Assembly: GCA_963701095.1 (NCBI GenBank) | Contig: OY969564.1 | Span: forward strand, 2,176,001-2,240,000 | Direction: 5' to 3' | DNA from: an uncultured Methanoregulaceae archaeon | GTDB lineage: Archaea; Halobacteriota; Methanomicrobia; Methanomicrobiales; Methanospirillaceae | DNA length: 64,000 nucleotides | Shown: piece after piece, positions 1 to 13,680 of the stretch | How positions within the stretch are numbered: position 1 is the stretch's first letter | Layout: each line of letters opens with the position of its first letter | Position numbers and translations under genes: made by a program | Notes under the pieces: model-generated | Told to the model about the DNA's origin: nothing | What the model saw: the letters and a program-made list of their open reading frames with translations, nothing else | The model's database searches: none

Positions 1-2
1 CC

Positions 3-3249
<3,247 letters not shown>

Positions 3250-3290
3250 AGACCAAACCAAAAATCAACCAACTTTCAGGAGAATTGTAG

Positions 3291-3584
3291 ATGGATTTTA
3301 ATGCTTCATTGAGAAGAGCAATAAAGACCGGAAATGTCATTCTCGGTCAGAACAACACGGAAAAATGCATAAAAGAGGGCAAAGCCCAGATGGTCGTCGT
3401 CGCGGCGAATTGCCCGGAGAACTTTAAAAACCAGCTTGGCGGGTATGAAAACCTCTTTATCCATACATTTGAGGGGTCCAGTGTAGCACTCGGTAAAGCA
3501 TGCGGTAAACCTTTCATGGTAAGCACGCTTGCTATTGTCAGTCCTGGCGAGTCAGATATTCTCTCTCTAAAGAGGACGGCATGA
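3291..3584 (+). CDS. rpl30e: 50S ribosomal protein L30e
   Basis: L7Ae-family sequence (LGKACGKPF, PGESDIL); conserved position after rpoA2. Confidence 0.96.
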   Translation: MDFNASLRRAIKTGNVILGQNNTEKCIKEGKAQMVVVAANCPENFKNQLGGYENLFIHTFEGSSVALGKACGKPFMVSTLAIVSPGESDILSLKRTA

Positions 3585-3585
3585 T

Positions 3586-4053
3586 ATGGTCGAAGTCAAA
3601 CTGACCGAAGACTGTATGCGCCTGATCTCCCAGTTTGAGTCGCTGACCGGTGCGGGAAGCCGTGACTGTGTCATCGATGAACGCAATGGAAGACTTATAT
3701 TTGTCGTCAACCCCGGCGATATGGGGCTTGCGATCGGCAAAAAAGGAGTATCTATTAAAAAGGCGTCCGAAGTGATGGGAAAAAAGATCGAGGTTGTAGA
3801 ATATAATAGCAACCCGGACCAGTTCTTAAAAAACTGTTTTTTGCCCGCACAGGTAACGAGTATTGTGTTTACCGGCGAAACCGGGGCACAAGCAGCCACG
3901 GTCGAAGTCCGTGATGAGGACCGGGGCATCGCAATTGGTAAAGATGGCAAAAATATTTTCAAAGCAAAGAAACTGGCCTTACGACAGCACAACATTGTAG
4001 ATGTGCAGATTCTCCAAAAACCTGACGGCATTGAAGCCGTAACTCCCCAGTAA
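3586..4053 (+). CDS. nusA: archaeal NusA (KH domains)
   Basis: Two KH-type loops (AIGKKG, AIGKDG); conserved synteny after rpl30e. Confidence 0.95.
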   Translation: MVEVKLTEDCMRLISQFESLTGAGSRDCVIDERNGRLIFVVNPGDMGLAIGKKGVSIKKASEVMGKKIEVVEYNSNPDQFLKNCFLPAQVTSIVFTGETGAQAATVEVRDEDRGIAIGKDGKNIFKAKKLALRQHNIVDVQILQKPDGIEAVTPQ

Positions 4054-4057
4054 CACT

Positions 4058-4083
4058 CTTTTTTCGGTTAGCCTATAGTTTTT
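4058..4083 (+). terminator. oligo(T) intrinsic terminator candidate after nusA
   Basis: T-runs immediately after the stop codon, typical of archaeal terminators. Confidence 0.45.
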
Positions 4084-4163
4084 CTCCCACCTATGTTTTA
4101 TCATCAGCAAGTGGTGCTGACATATCTGACTTTTTTCCTGTATGTGAGAAAACAAAAAGATAA

Positions 4164-4238
4164 CGGGCTTGGGGGGATTTGAACCCCCGACATCCGGGTT
4201 AGAAGCCCGGCGCTATGTCCAAGCTAAGCCACAAGCCC
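4164..4238 (-). tRNA. tRNA-Arg(TCT), no intron, CCA not encoded
   Basis: Minus strand reads GGGCTTG...CCGGG-CT-TCT-AA-CCCGG...GGGGGTTCAAATCCCCC-CAAGCCC-G; acceptor, anticodon and T stems all pair. Confidence 0.97.
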
Positions 4239-4391
4239 TCGTGGTGGCTATAAGGTTCGTGTTCCGGGCTAATTAATCTGCGTCATGCGGATGAGTAGGT
4301 TCCTGATTAATCTGGAAATGTAACGGGGATGCACTGTTTTTGATTTATACTCTGATTTAACTGTAAAATAACGGATGAATTTTTTTGGGAT

Positions 4392-4790
4392 TCAACCAGC
4401 ATGATAACATGCAGCTTTAATTACTTCGACATACGTTGGTGAACAGAGCCTTTCATGGAATACTTCGCGTACTACAGATGAGAAACAATATTTAACCTGA
4501 ACTCTTGCAGACATCCTCTCCCGTTCTTCATAATATACACCTCTAGAGTATTCTACGATCCGTTTCATAGAGATAGATGACGAGAGAAGATCAACACAAA
4601 TGCCATTATCCCCGGGGCTTACGTCTTCAACATCGGTTGAGGTCATGAATATCTGTGCATCGGGCCCTGATTCGATACTGGCAATAGTCACTATATTCTG
4701 GGTGCTCTGGAGCTCAATAGTGCGGGGCCTTCCTTCCCGGAGATCTCGGATCACTTCTGGCGATATACCGGTTAATGCGGCGCATTTCAT
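4392..4790 (-). CDS. DUF473-like archaeal protein
   Basis: N-terminal ALTGIS...RTIEL pattern; next to the PAC2 gene. Confidence 0.75.
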   Translation of the reverse strand: MKCAALTGISPEVIRDLREGRPRTIELQSTQNIVTIASIESGPDAQIFMTSTDVEDVSPGDNGICVDLLSSSISMKRIVEYSRGVYYEERERMSARVQVKYCFSSVVREVFHERLCSPTYVEVIKAACYHAG

Positions 4791-4796
4791 TTGAGG

Positions 4797-5525
4797 TCAC
4801 CCGTACATCGGAAGATCTTTTTTCGGCGTCGTGTCGGCAGACTGCTGGACTTCCTCGGAGATCTTGTGCATACTTTGTTCGATTTCGTCAGCCTGTTCCA
4901 GAAGCGGTTTTACATCGAGACCAAGGTTGTACATCTTGTTGAGCACTTCAATCGTTGCAGCTGATGAACGTGGATCCGGTGCATTTATCGTTTCTCCAAG
5001 AAGACCAAAACCCGGGATGCCCCGGATCTTACAGCCAGTGAGGATACTCGAAGCTACGCCAGAGATACTCCCTATGGGAAGCACGAGAGTATGATCCTGA
5101 ATCCTCTGGAGCGCTTCTGTAGTAGTTGCAACACCGAACACGCGTTTCTCGGATTCATTGGTTACAATTCCGGCAATAGTGAGCACTTCCTTTGGCTTAA
5201 AAGGAGCGAGCCAGTCAAGAATGCCGGTTGAGATCTCGTAACAAATCATCGGATGTATAGGAATGTCTGCGACAATAGCAGTAATATCGTTTTTCATGTA
5301 GAGCCGGACAGGATCATTTATCACACCTTTGTTCATCATGGCAAGCGGGGGGAAGTACCGGGAGGTCATGGTGCCTACCTGCTCGAACTCGAGCTGGTCG
5401 ACCATATACTGGAGAGCAATTGTACCAACAAGTCCGCTCCCGGGAAACCCCATCAAAATCGCGGCGCCTTCGCTTGGCGGGGGTTTTGAAAAAATCATGA
5501 GGTCCTGCGAAGAATCTGTCGTCAT
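4797..5525 (-). CDS. PAC2-family proteasome assembly chaperone
   Basis: GFPGSGLVG and PDPRSS motifs; C-terminal MYG (HbYX) motif. Confidence 0.9.
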   Translation of the reverse strand: MTTDSSQDLMIFSKPPPSEGAAILMGFPGSGLVGTIALQYMVDQLEFEQVGTMTSRYFPPLAMMNKGVINDPVRLYMKNDITAIVADIPIHPMICYEISTGILDWLAPFKPKEVLTIAGIVTNESEKRVFGVATTTEALQRIQDHTLVLPIGSISGVASSILTGCKIRGIPGFGLLGETINAPDPRSSAATIEVLNKMYNLGLDVKPLLEQADEIEQSMHKISEEVQQSADTTPKKDLPMYG

Positions 5526-5559
5526 TAAGTTAACATATACGCACTACCTAAAAAAGAGT

Positions 5560-5877
5560 ATGCAGGAGTACCCTATTAAACGAGGTTTGACAAAAGATCT
5601 CGAACAAAGAATTGTTACTGAACTTCGAACCTGTTTCGGGGTTGAGCCGGAAAAGAACGGGAATTCATACCGCATCAGCTATGGAGCATTGAAACGGCTG
5701 GAAGCGATTGCCGGTACAAGCGGAAAGACCCTTCGCGTGATCACCGAGTCAGATATAACCGCACCCGATGAGGTTATCATTGACACGAATAAAAGATTCA
5801 GAAAATTTCTTGACGGAACTACCGGATTCTCGACAAAAGAACGTGTGAAACGGGCAAAAAGCGTAGAAGGAGAATAA
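5560..5877 (+). CDS. DUF5611-like conserved archaeal protein
   Basis: MQEYPIKRG start and FLDGTTGFSTKERVK end; true start is the ATG at 5560 inside ORF 5329..5877. Confidence 0.75.
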   Translation: MQEYPIKRGLTKDLEQRIVTELRTCFGVEPEKNGNSYRISYGALKRLEAIAGTSGKTLRVITESDITAPDEVIIDTNKRFRKFLDGTTGFSTKERVKRAKSVEGE

Positions 5878-5934
5878 TTTTCATTCGTATTTTCTCTTTA
5901 ATACCCGCGCGGCCAGAAATTTCGAATAAAAAGA

Positions 5935-8724
5935 TTATTCGATCACAATAGCCGGCTTGAATGGGAGGGCTGTCGCCCCCTTTGTGAATCCGCTTGTTTC
6001 AGCATCGGCAATGTGAACAGGAATACCAAACTCATGTTCAAGAAACGCCTGGGCCGCTTCAAAAACTGCACGTTCATTCACCGATTCCTTTGCAAGCGGT
6101 GCAACGACGTGCGGAGGAAGGCGGTGGATGAGGGTGGTGCACTGCTTTGCAGCGTCGGTCGCTTCCCGGCCCCGTTTCTTCATTTCTTCGTTTTTCATTA
6201 TTTCTTTAAGAACCGAGTTTCGATCGTTTGAACTGGCGATTTTTTTAAAGATATCATGTTTCCATTCGGGCGCAAGTACTATAGTAATCGATTTTGGTGT
6301 GAGCTGGATAAGCTTCTTGATCGATTCTATGTCCTCAACCGTCCGTGCGAGAAGTTCCTCGGCGAGTTCGATATGAGTATTTACGAGGTTTTCATCAGCT
6401 ACTGGCCACTCTGCAAATGATATAAGATCATTATTGCCCAGTTGCTGCCAGAGATGTTCAGCAGTAAAGGGAATAAACGGTGCAAGAAGCCTGGTCCATA
6501 CCATGCAGAGTGTAGTTAACTCCCTGCTGCCGCAACAGCCTTCGGGTAGCCGACGCCGGTACCATTTCAGATCTGTCTCAATGCCAAACGAGGCCTCCTG
6601 GAGTGCCTGACGTGTCTGGAAGTTATCAAGGGCCGCAGTCATTCTTACGATATGTTCCTGAAGCCGGCTGATCAGCCAGCGATCGATATCCTGCGGTTCT
6701 CCGGCAGCGTCCCGAATTTCCATGATGGTTGCGTAAAATCGCTCGATCTGCTTTTTAGTGGAAAGGACCAGTTCGTTCCTCCAATCGAAATCCTGCCAGG
6801 GTTCTGCGCTCCCAGTCAAAAACATTCTGACAGTGTCAGCCCCAAATTCGCTGACTGCATCCTCAAGTAAGAAAACGTTGCCTTTGGAAGAGGACATTTT
6901 GGCCCCATTTAAGAGTCCCATGCCGAAAACGACCATGCCTTTGGGAAGCTTGTCCTTTTCGAAGATGGTTACATGGTGGAAGATCTGGAATGTAAGATGG
7001 TTCGAGATAAGGTCTTTTGCTGAGAAGCGGAAATCATACGGGTACCAGTAGAGGAACTCTTCTCTCATTGCGTCGAGTTTCTTTTTTTCGGGAAGATCGG
7101 GAGATTTCCTGCCAAGGAAGATATAATCGAAGACTTCAGGAGTTAGAAGTTTTGGATCGATATCCCGTATTCTATGGGCGATTGTATAATAGGCCATGTA
7201 GATCGTCGAATCAGAAAGTGGCTCGATCAGCTGGGTCTGGTCCCAGGGGAAACGGGTGCCAAGACCGACACGGCGCGTACAAGCCCAGTCTTTGAGCCAC
7301 CCGATTGTCCGTTCGAATTCTGCACGAACTTCAGGGGGGACAAGTGCCATATCGTTTAAATGTTCTCGTGTCTGTTGTTTCCATGCGGGATCGCTATACT
7401 TGAGGAACCACTGGTCGTGAAGAATCTTAACTTTTACCTTGTTTCCGCACCGACAGATCACAGGCCGGGTATCAAACTCGTACATAACGACCGAATTGTA
7501 TTTTTCACACATTTCCTGCGCCACTTCTTCCCGTGCAACCCTGACCGGCTGTCCCCCATACTTATCGAAGAGTTTTCCCTTCGAAAATTCGGCGGAATAA
7601 ATCTCCTGGGTGAGTGCGTCCATCCGGCTGTCCATCTGGTGCCGGATACCTGCCCGTTCAACGGCGTCTTGGGCGGGGATACTCCCATACCCCTCTACTT
7701 TTATCAAAGGAATCGGCTTGATTTGTGTATATTTTCCCTGTTGCTGCAGGTCGCGAAGCGCAATATAATCAAATGGTGCATGGGCAGGCACACTCATGAC
7801 CATACCTGTCGCCATATCCGGGTCAACAAAATCGGCGGGGAGAATAGGGATAGTACCGCAAAGTGGATGTGATACAGTCTTGTCGATGAGATTTTTCCCC
7901 TCCATCTCTTCTTTTACTTCGACTTTATGATCCTGCAAGACGAGTTTCTCTGCTGCTTCTTTTGAAACAATCCAGTTTTTACCGTCAATGAGTGCCCTAA
8001 CATAGGTCACGTTCGGATTAGCCCAAAGGTTAGTAACACCATGAATAGTTTCAGGCCGGAGGGTAGCGGTGGGGATAAATGCATCTCCATAATTGAACAT
8101 GACCAGCGTGAACTTGATCACTTCGGCTTTGTCCCCTTCGAGAAGATCGTGATCGCCTACAGGGTTTTCATCGACTGTACAATAACGGACCGGATGGGCA
8201 CCTTTAATAACGTGGCCTGCTTCATACAGGTGCTTCCACTGCCATTCGACGAATTTACTATAGGTCGGGTCTACCGTGATGAACCGTCGGCGCCAGTCAA
8301 TCGAGAGACCACATGAGGTCATCACACGTTGGTATTCGGCTGCAAAATGCTTGACAATTGTCAATGGCTCGGTAAATTCTGCGAGGACATTCTGCGGAAC
8401 TTTATAGAGATCTCGGTACAAATGGATTGTCTTTGGATCATTCCTCGCGATCCTCTTTGAGATTCCGACGACTGGTGCACCGGTAACATGGAAGGCCATT
8501 GGGAAAAGAACCTGTCTTCCCCTCATCCTCCAAAATCGAGCAATAACGTCCGGGACAATGTATGTGCGGCCATGGCCAACGTGCATAGCGCCACTTGGGT
8601 ACGGAAATGCGACGGTCAGGTAAAATTTTTCGCGGTCTGAAGGGTTGGACTCAAAAGCCCGATCCCACCGCTCATGTGCTTCTTTTTCAAACGTTCCCAA
8701 ATCAAATTCACTCAAACCATTCAC
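5935..8724 (-). CDS. leuS: leucine--tRNA ligase
   Basis: [12 protein letters not shown] (HIGH), [15 protein letters not shown] editing domain, KMSSS, C-terminal PFKPAIVIE. Confidence 0.97.
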   Translation of the reverse strand: MNGLSEFDLGTFEKEAHERWDRAFESNPSDREKFYLTVAFPYPSGAMHVGHGRTYIVPDVIARFWRMRGRQVLFPMAFHVTGAPVVGISKRIARNDPKTIHLYRDLYKVPQNVLAEFTEPLTIVKHFAAEYQRVMTSCGLSIDWRRRFITVDPTYSKFVEWQWKHLYEAGHVIKGAHPVRYCTVDENPVGDHDLLEGDKAEVIKFTLVMFNYGDAFIPTATLRPETIHGVTNLWANPNVTYVRALIDGKNWIVSKEAAEKLVLQDHKVEVKEEMEGKNLIDKTVSHPLCGTIPILPADFVDPDMATGMVMSVPAHAPFDYIALRDLQQQGKYTQIKPIPLIKVEGYGSIPAQDAVERAGIRHQMDSRMDALTQEIYSAEFSKGKLFDKYGGQPVRVAREEVAQEMCEKYNSVVMYEFDTRPVICRCGNKVKVKILHDQWFLKYSDPAWKQQTREHLNDMALVPPEVRAEFERTIGWLKDWACTRRVGLGTRFPWDQTQLIEPLSDSTIYMAYYTIAHRIRDIDPKLLTPEVFDYIFLGRKSPDLPEKKKLDAMREEFLYWYPYDFRFSAKDLISNHLTFQIFHHVTIFEKDKLPKGMVVFGMGLLNGAKMSSSKGNVFLLEDAVSEFGADTVRMFLTGSAEPWQDFDWRNELVLSTKKQIERFYATIMEIRDAAGEPQDIDRWLISRLQEHIVRMTAALDNFQTRQALQEASFGIETDLKWYRRRLPEGCCGSRELTTLCMVWTRLLAPFIPFTAEHLWQQLGNNDLISFAEWPVADENLVNTHIELAEELLARTVEDIESIKKLIQLTPKSITIVLAPEWKHDIFKKIASSNDRNSVLKEIMKNEEMKKRGREATDAAKQCTTLIHRLPPHVVAPLAKESVNERAVFEAAQAFLEHEFGIPVHIADAETSGFTKGATALPFKPAIVIE

Positions 8725-8772
8725 CTTCTTGTCTCACGATGAAAACTGGTGCTTAATAAACTCCTAATGTGG

Positions 8773-10746
8773 TTATACCGGCCTCAGCTTGATGATCTCA
8801 TTATTCTGGTAGCGCCGGATCATTTCCTGCGCGATACTTGAATTCTTGGCAAGGCTGATCTCGCCGTTGTCGTTGACGGTTGCGGTAAAGAGGTACTCTT
8901 TGCCGGCAAAAACATCAACAATCTTACCGCACTGATCCGGGGCAATTATCATAAGTTGTTTTTTGTCGGTCTGGATTTTAATTCCGCCGCCAAGGGAGAT
9001 TTCACCTTCAGGTTTTGTAACGGGTTGGGAATGCTGGCGTTCAAGATCTGATTTGGGTTTGATGTCGATTCCGATCCCTATTTTGTTGACAATAGCCGAG
9101 ACGTTCTTGCCCCCTTTGCCTATGGCTGCCGGTACATCCTTATCATCGATATAAACTACTGCTTTTGTATCGCTGATCATCTCGACATCAACCGAGCCAT
9201 CGGTATATCTTCCGATCTCCCGCTGTATTTCCTTCTCGTTTAGCTTCCAGCCCGGATGATCCTCTGCAGGCGACCGGGGCGTGGCATCGGGAATAGCGGC
9301 AAGAGAACTACTGGGTTTGCTGGTCGGAAGAACCGGCTGACCGATATTCTGGATCGATAGTGATTTTTGAGGTGTTGTTACCGATATTTCGGGACCCTTG
9401 GAGAGAACTGGCATGACAATAGTCTGACCGTCATACCTGAACACGTCGAGTACAAGGCTGCCCGACTCGAAATCTGTTACGGTGGTTACAGGCCGGATGT
9501 GCATTTCGTTACCCATACCTTCGGGCACCTTAATTGTGAATCCAACATCATAGATCTTTGTAACTACACCTTTTTCTAAAAACACAATGGTGTTAATTAT
9601 CTGCGCAAGGACGGAGAAGTCCTCGCGATCGGAAAATCGCTGTAGTGCATCCTGGACACTGTTAGCGTGAATGACGCCAACCATTCCAAGTCCCGCAAGA
9701 CGCATATCAGCAAAAACCGTGAAATCTTCATTTTTCCGTAATTCATCGAATACCACAAAGTCCGGGCGAACCAGCAGGAGAACGTCTGCAGTGTTTGACA
9801 TGCTGCCATCAAGCGTAGTGTACTGCGTAATCTGGTCTGGGACTTGAAGTTCACGGGGGGCCTCCATGGTTTTAACAACGTATCCGCTTTCAGAGAGGTA
9901 TGTCGCGATACCTTGAGCGAGTGTAGTTTTTCCTGCACCGGGTGATCCAGCGATAATAAGGCCTCTCCGGTCTGATACAATCCGTTTCTTGATAATGTCT
10001 GCTTTTGCATAATGGTCAAGTGTTACATCAACTATAGGGCGTACGGCAGTAATTTCCATGCCATCTGAAAAAGGCCGGCGGGCGATTGCTATACGAAGTG
10101 AACCTATCTGGACGACGGTAATTCCTCGCTTTTCGATCTCGATGAATCCGTCGGGATCTCGTTTTGCCCGTTCGAGAATCTCCTGAGCGAGGTTGCGGAG
10201 TTCGTATTCGCTGACCGGTTGATCACGGATTTTTACAAGCTTCATATCGTTGATTGTTCCCTTTTTAGCAACCGGACTGACGCGCTCCTTGAGGTATACC
10301 GCAATAGTGTGCTCGTCAAAGAACTGGTCAATACCAAGAGGGACAAAATCAGTGACCTGAGGTTTGAGGTAAATAACGTCAAGACCTTTCGCTCGCGCGA
10401 CTTCAGCCTGAACATTATCACTGGTGATAAAACGCGCAGCATTTTCGATTGCTATACTCCGTATCATCGCATCGATCTCGCCGCCACTCGCAAGTTTCAC
10501 TTGTTCAAGCGTAGGGCGGATACCGGAGAATTTTAATTCGATGGTTTTCTCCTCGGCCATCTTGCATAATGACTGGAGCTCATTGAGGCCAGAGAACCCG
10601 ATCTCGCGCCCATTATTTGCCTGGGCTTCGAGTTCTGCAATCACTGCCTCGGGGACGATTATTGTTGCTCCTTTGTATTCACCGGCTTTTATCATCGATG
10701 TTATACGTCCGTCGATGAGGACGCTTGTATCTGGTACCAGTATCAT
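8773..10746 (-). CDS. PINc/VapC-family ATPase with KH domain (PINA type)
   Basis: N-terminal PIN (VPDTSVLIDG), Walker A GSPGAGKTT, Walker B VVFDE, KH loop AIGKGG; GGAGG RBS before ATG 10746. Confidence 0.9.
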   Translation of the reverse strand: MILVPDTSVLIDGRITSMIKAGEYKGATIIVPEAVIAELEAQANNGREIGFSGLNELQSLCKMAEEKTIELKFSGIRPTLEQVKLASGGEIDAMIRSIAIENAARFITSDNVQAEVARAKGLDVIYLKPQVTDFVPLGIDQFFDEHTIAVYLKERVSPVAKKGTINDMKLVKIRDQPVSEYELRNLAQEILERAKRDPDGFIEIEKRGITVVQIGSLRIAIARRPFSDGMEITAVRPIVDVTLDHYAKADIIKKRIVSDRRGLIIAGSPGAGKTTLAQGIATYLSESGYVVKTMEAPRELQVPDQITQYTTLDGSMSNTADVLLLVRPDFVVFDELRKNEDFTVFADMRLAGLGMVGVIHANSVQDALQRFSDREDFSVLAQIINTIVFLEKGVVTKIYDVGFTIKVPEGMGNEMHIRPVTTVTDFESGSLVLDVFRYDGQTIVMPVLSKGPEISVTTPQKSLSIQNIGQPVLPTSKPSSSLAAIPDATPRSPAEDHPGWKLNEKEIQREIGRYTDGSVDVEMISDTKAVVYIDDKDVPAAIGKGGKNVSAIVNKIGIGIDIKPKSDLERQHSQPVTKPEGEISLGGGIKIQTDKKQLMIIAPDQCGKIVDVFAGKEYLFTATVNDNGEISLAKNSSIAQEMIRRYQNNEIIKLRPV

Positions 10747-11028
10747 AAAATATTCCTCCTTCATTATAGTATGGCTTTATATACTATTTGTTCAACGAAT
10801 GGGTACGTTGATGGTACTGATATGAGGCGTTGGGGTTTATAAGCGGTTCGGGGGGGAAAGGAAAATCTGTTTTCAAGATCGATCGCACACGACGTCCGAT
10901 TCATTGTTGAACTCAAGTCAGATAGCAGATTAAATAAGAAAATTCAATAAGTTTGACCGTCAGAGCATTATATTCCTTAAAGATATACCTTCCGAACGTA
11001 ACAATTATATGAAAAATGGAGGAGATTT

Positions 11029-11658
11029 ACGACAGTAAAACGGTGCCCTCGCTGCAAGACAGATAATCCGGGGATCTATGACCATTGTTTAAACTGCGGG
11101 ACTCCTCTACCTGAAATCACGAAGCCACAATGGATGCATAGGGTTCTCCTTCCGGCATTTGTGATTGTACTTGTCGTTATAGTGGCTATGGTCATTTTAG
11201 TCCCTGCTCTTCTATATTCTGTGACGAGTGGCGGGATCATTTCTACAGCTATCCATAGTACTCCCCTGTCTCAGAACCAGCTTCCTCAATTCGAGATCAA
11301 CCAGCCTGCCCGGGTTGGCGACATTCAGGTAACAATAACGGGAGATCACATCGGTCTTGAACAATTCACCGGTGACAGGTTTTACACTGTAACGGTATCA
11401 GTACAAAATTTTAATTCAGAACAAACTTACCTACTTTCTGCGACAGATTTTGTTCTTACAGATTCCGGCGGAAATTATTATAGTCCTCTTGGAATACAAT
11501 CAAAAACCTCGTATGATGCTCTTCCCGGCCAGACCGGAACTGTAGATTTGGTTTATATCATCCCACAAGGTACTAACCATCTGCGATTGTTGTATGCCTT
11601 CCCTCCTGACACAGCGGCTCCTGGTGAAGAGCGGTCTGAGGTTGCCTTTATCCTGTAA
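11029..11658 (+). CDS. zinc-ribbon + transmembrane + DUF4352-like Ig-fold protein; start codon uncertain
   Basis: In-frame CPRC...CLNC upstream of ATG 11134, then a hydrophobic helix and DFVLTDSGGNYY / LPGQTGTVDLVY. Confidence 0.65.
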   Translation, partial: TTVKRCPRCKTDNPGIYDHCLNCGTPLPEITKPQWMHRVLLPAFVIVLVVIVAMVILVPALLYSVTSGGIISTAIHSTPLSQNQLPQFEINQPARVGDIQVTITGDHIGLEQFTGDRFYTVTVSVQNFNSEQTYLLSATDFVLTDSGGNYYSPLGIQSKTSYDALPGQTGTVDLVYIIPQGTNHLRLLYAFPPDTAAPGEERSEVAFIL

Positions 11659-11765
11659 TACAATGTTCATGAGAATAGGGCTGGGCATCAATATAGGGCA
11701 CATACAATAAAATAAACTGATAAAATAACCATGAATCTTTTATATCCTGTAACAAACCTTATTCC

Positions 11766-12149
11766 ATGCATCTTCGATCTGGTCGTGGAGCACTTATCAT
11801 CGGTGTTCTCTTCCTTATAGTTGCGCTCATTTTTATTGCGGGTTGCACTAACAAATCCACACCCCCTCCGCCACCGACAATGGTCTATACTCCTCAAACA
11901 ACTATCCTCATGGGAAGTGCAAGTGTTAACCCCCAGATCCTTGTTATCAGCAAAGGCGTAACGATCACGTGGCTTAATCAGGATTTGGGATTTCATATCA
12001 TTACATCAGATTCTGGGGATCCTGACTCTTTTACTTCTCCGCCTCTCGCAACTAATCAGGAATTCCAATTCACGTTTACCATTCCGGGAACATATGAATA
12101 CCATTACACGGACGATTCAGCAGTAAAAGGAACAATTATAGTGCATTAA
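11766..12149 (+). CDS. cupredoxin-fold (plastocyanin/amicyanin-like) lipoprotein
   Basis: Lipobox IAGC, FTFTIPGTYEYH..KGTIIV strand pattern; C-terminal Cu ligands missing. Confidence 0.75.
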   Translation: MHLRSGRGALIIGVLFLIVALIFIAGCTNKSTPPPPPTMVYTPQTTILMGSASVNPQILVISKGVTITWLNQDLGFHIITSDSGDPDSFTSPPLATNQEFQFTFTIPGTYEYHYTDDSAVKGTIIVH

Positions 12150-12255
12150 TCTTACAAACCAACAAAAAAGATTTTCTTCCGGTTCTTTCCGAAGATAATC
12201 TTCATCGCGAAAGGTGTAACCAATTGGGGGATCCGAAGATCAATTCTAAAAAAAA

Positions 12256-12906
12256 TTACTTGATTTCGATTCTTTCGCCTGTTTCCATATAATGAACATT
12301 CTCCGACATTTTACAGGCATGATCGGCGCAGCGCTCCAGGTATCGGGCTATAATAATATAGTAGGTAGCCAGCGTGATGTTCTTTGGATTCTCCATCATG
12401 AATGTTATAGCTTCGCGGAAGATTGAGTGACGTAGTGTATCAATCGCATCATCTCGTGCCGAAAATCCCTCGAGTTTTTTCAGGTTCTCTGTCTCATAAG
12501 CGTTGATAGCGTCTTCAACCATCGCGATAACATATTCCGACATCAGTGGAATACTCATCATGTTTGCAATATGAGGCTTTCCTGAAATTTCTTTAATTAT
12601 TTTTGCTGTAGATTTGCCATATCTCCCAATCCGTTCTGATGCGGAAATCATTTTGAGAGAGCAGACAATAATTCTCATATCTTTTGCCACTGGCTGGTTC
12701 AATGCTATAAGCTGGTAACAATTCTCTTCAAGAGCAACCGTCATTTCCCTGAGTTGATCTTTTCTGTTTATTACCGTTGCTGCGAGGGTGGAATCCTGAT
12801 TACTGAAAGCTTCCTGAGAATCCTTTAGCATAGATAATGCAAATTGGGACATTCCCGTGACATCTTTTTTAAGATCTTTAAGTTCAGTATGAAATTTATC
12901 AGTCAT
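12256..12906 (-). CDS. phoU: phosphate signalling protein PhoU
   Basis: QPVAKDMR, ERIGRY and YLERCADHA repeats; last gene of the pst operon. Confidence 0.95.
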   Translation of the reverse strand: MTDKFHTELKDLKKDVTGMSQFALSMLKDSQEAFSNQDSTLAATVINRKDQLREMTVALEENCYQLIALNQPVAKDMRIIVCSLKMISASERIGRYGKSTAKIIKEISGKPHIANMMSIPLMSEYVIAMVEDAINAYETENLKKLEGFSARDDAIDTLRHSIFREAITFMMENPKNITLATYYIIIARYLERCADHACKMSENVHYMETGERIEIK

Positions 12907-12915
12907 TCTCCCTCC

Positions 12916-13677
12916 TTAACCGAACCGTCCGGTAATATAATTCTCGGTTAAATCTTCTTTCGGGTGCTCGAAAATATTAGTCGTTTTGTCATACTCGATC
13001 AGCTTTCCCAGGTACATGAATCCGGTGAAATCGCTGACACGGGCTGCCTGTTGCATGTTATGCGTGACAATAATGACCGTATAGTCTTCTTTGAGCATTT
13101 CGATGAGGTTCTCAATCTTAGCCGTGGCGATTGGATCAAGTGCCGAACAGGGTTCGTCCATAAGAATCACTTCGGGACCCACTGCTAAGGTACGGGCTAT
13201 GCAAAGCCTCTGCTGCTGACCACCGGAAAGCCCAAGAGCTGAATCGTTAAGTCTGTCCCGGACTTCTTCCCAGAGAGCTGCATGACGTAGACTCTTTTCG
13301 ACAATTGCATCAAGGTTCGCACGATCATTTATTCCGTGAACCCGGGGGCCGTATGCAACGTTTTCGTATATTGATTTGGGGAAGGGATTAGGCCGCTGGA
13401 AAACCATGCCGACCCTTTTTCTTAACGCTACTACGTCCATGCCATCACCGAGCATATTCTCGTGGTCAAGGAGGAGCTCACCGGTCATCCTGACTTTGCT
13501 GATAAGATCATTCATTCGGTTGAAGCATCGCAGAAGCGTGGATTTCCCACACCCTGACGGTCCGATGAGTGCGGTAGTCTTCTTCTTTTCTATCTCCATG
13601 GTTATATCCTGGAGTGCATGTTTCTCGTTATACCAGAGGTTCAGGTTTTTTGTGGAAATGACGTTTGAATCGGACAT
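12916..13677 (-). CDS. pstB: phosphate ABC transporter ATPase
   Basis: [35 protein letters not shown]. Confidence 0.97.
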   Translation of the reverse strand: MSDSNVISTKNLNLWYNEKHALQDITMEIEKKKTTALIGPSGCGKSTLLRCFNRMNDLISKVRMTGELLLDHENMLGDGMDVVALRKRVGMVFQRPNPFPKSIYENVAYGPRVHGINDRANLDAIVEKSLRHAALWEEVRDRLNDSALGLSGGQQQRLCIARTLAVGPEVILMDEPCSALDPIATAKIENLIEMLKEDYTVIIVTHNMQQAARVSDFTGFMYLGKLIEYDKTTNIFEHPKEDLTENYITGRFG

Positions 13678-13680
13678 AAG

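Noticed and set aside
8773..10746. PIN-ATPase as a second pilus motor or a toxin
   Set aside because: The PIN-ATPase-KH architecture matches the widespread archaeal PINA family, and it lies outside the pilus cluster
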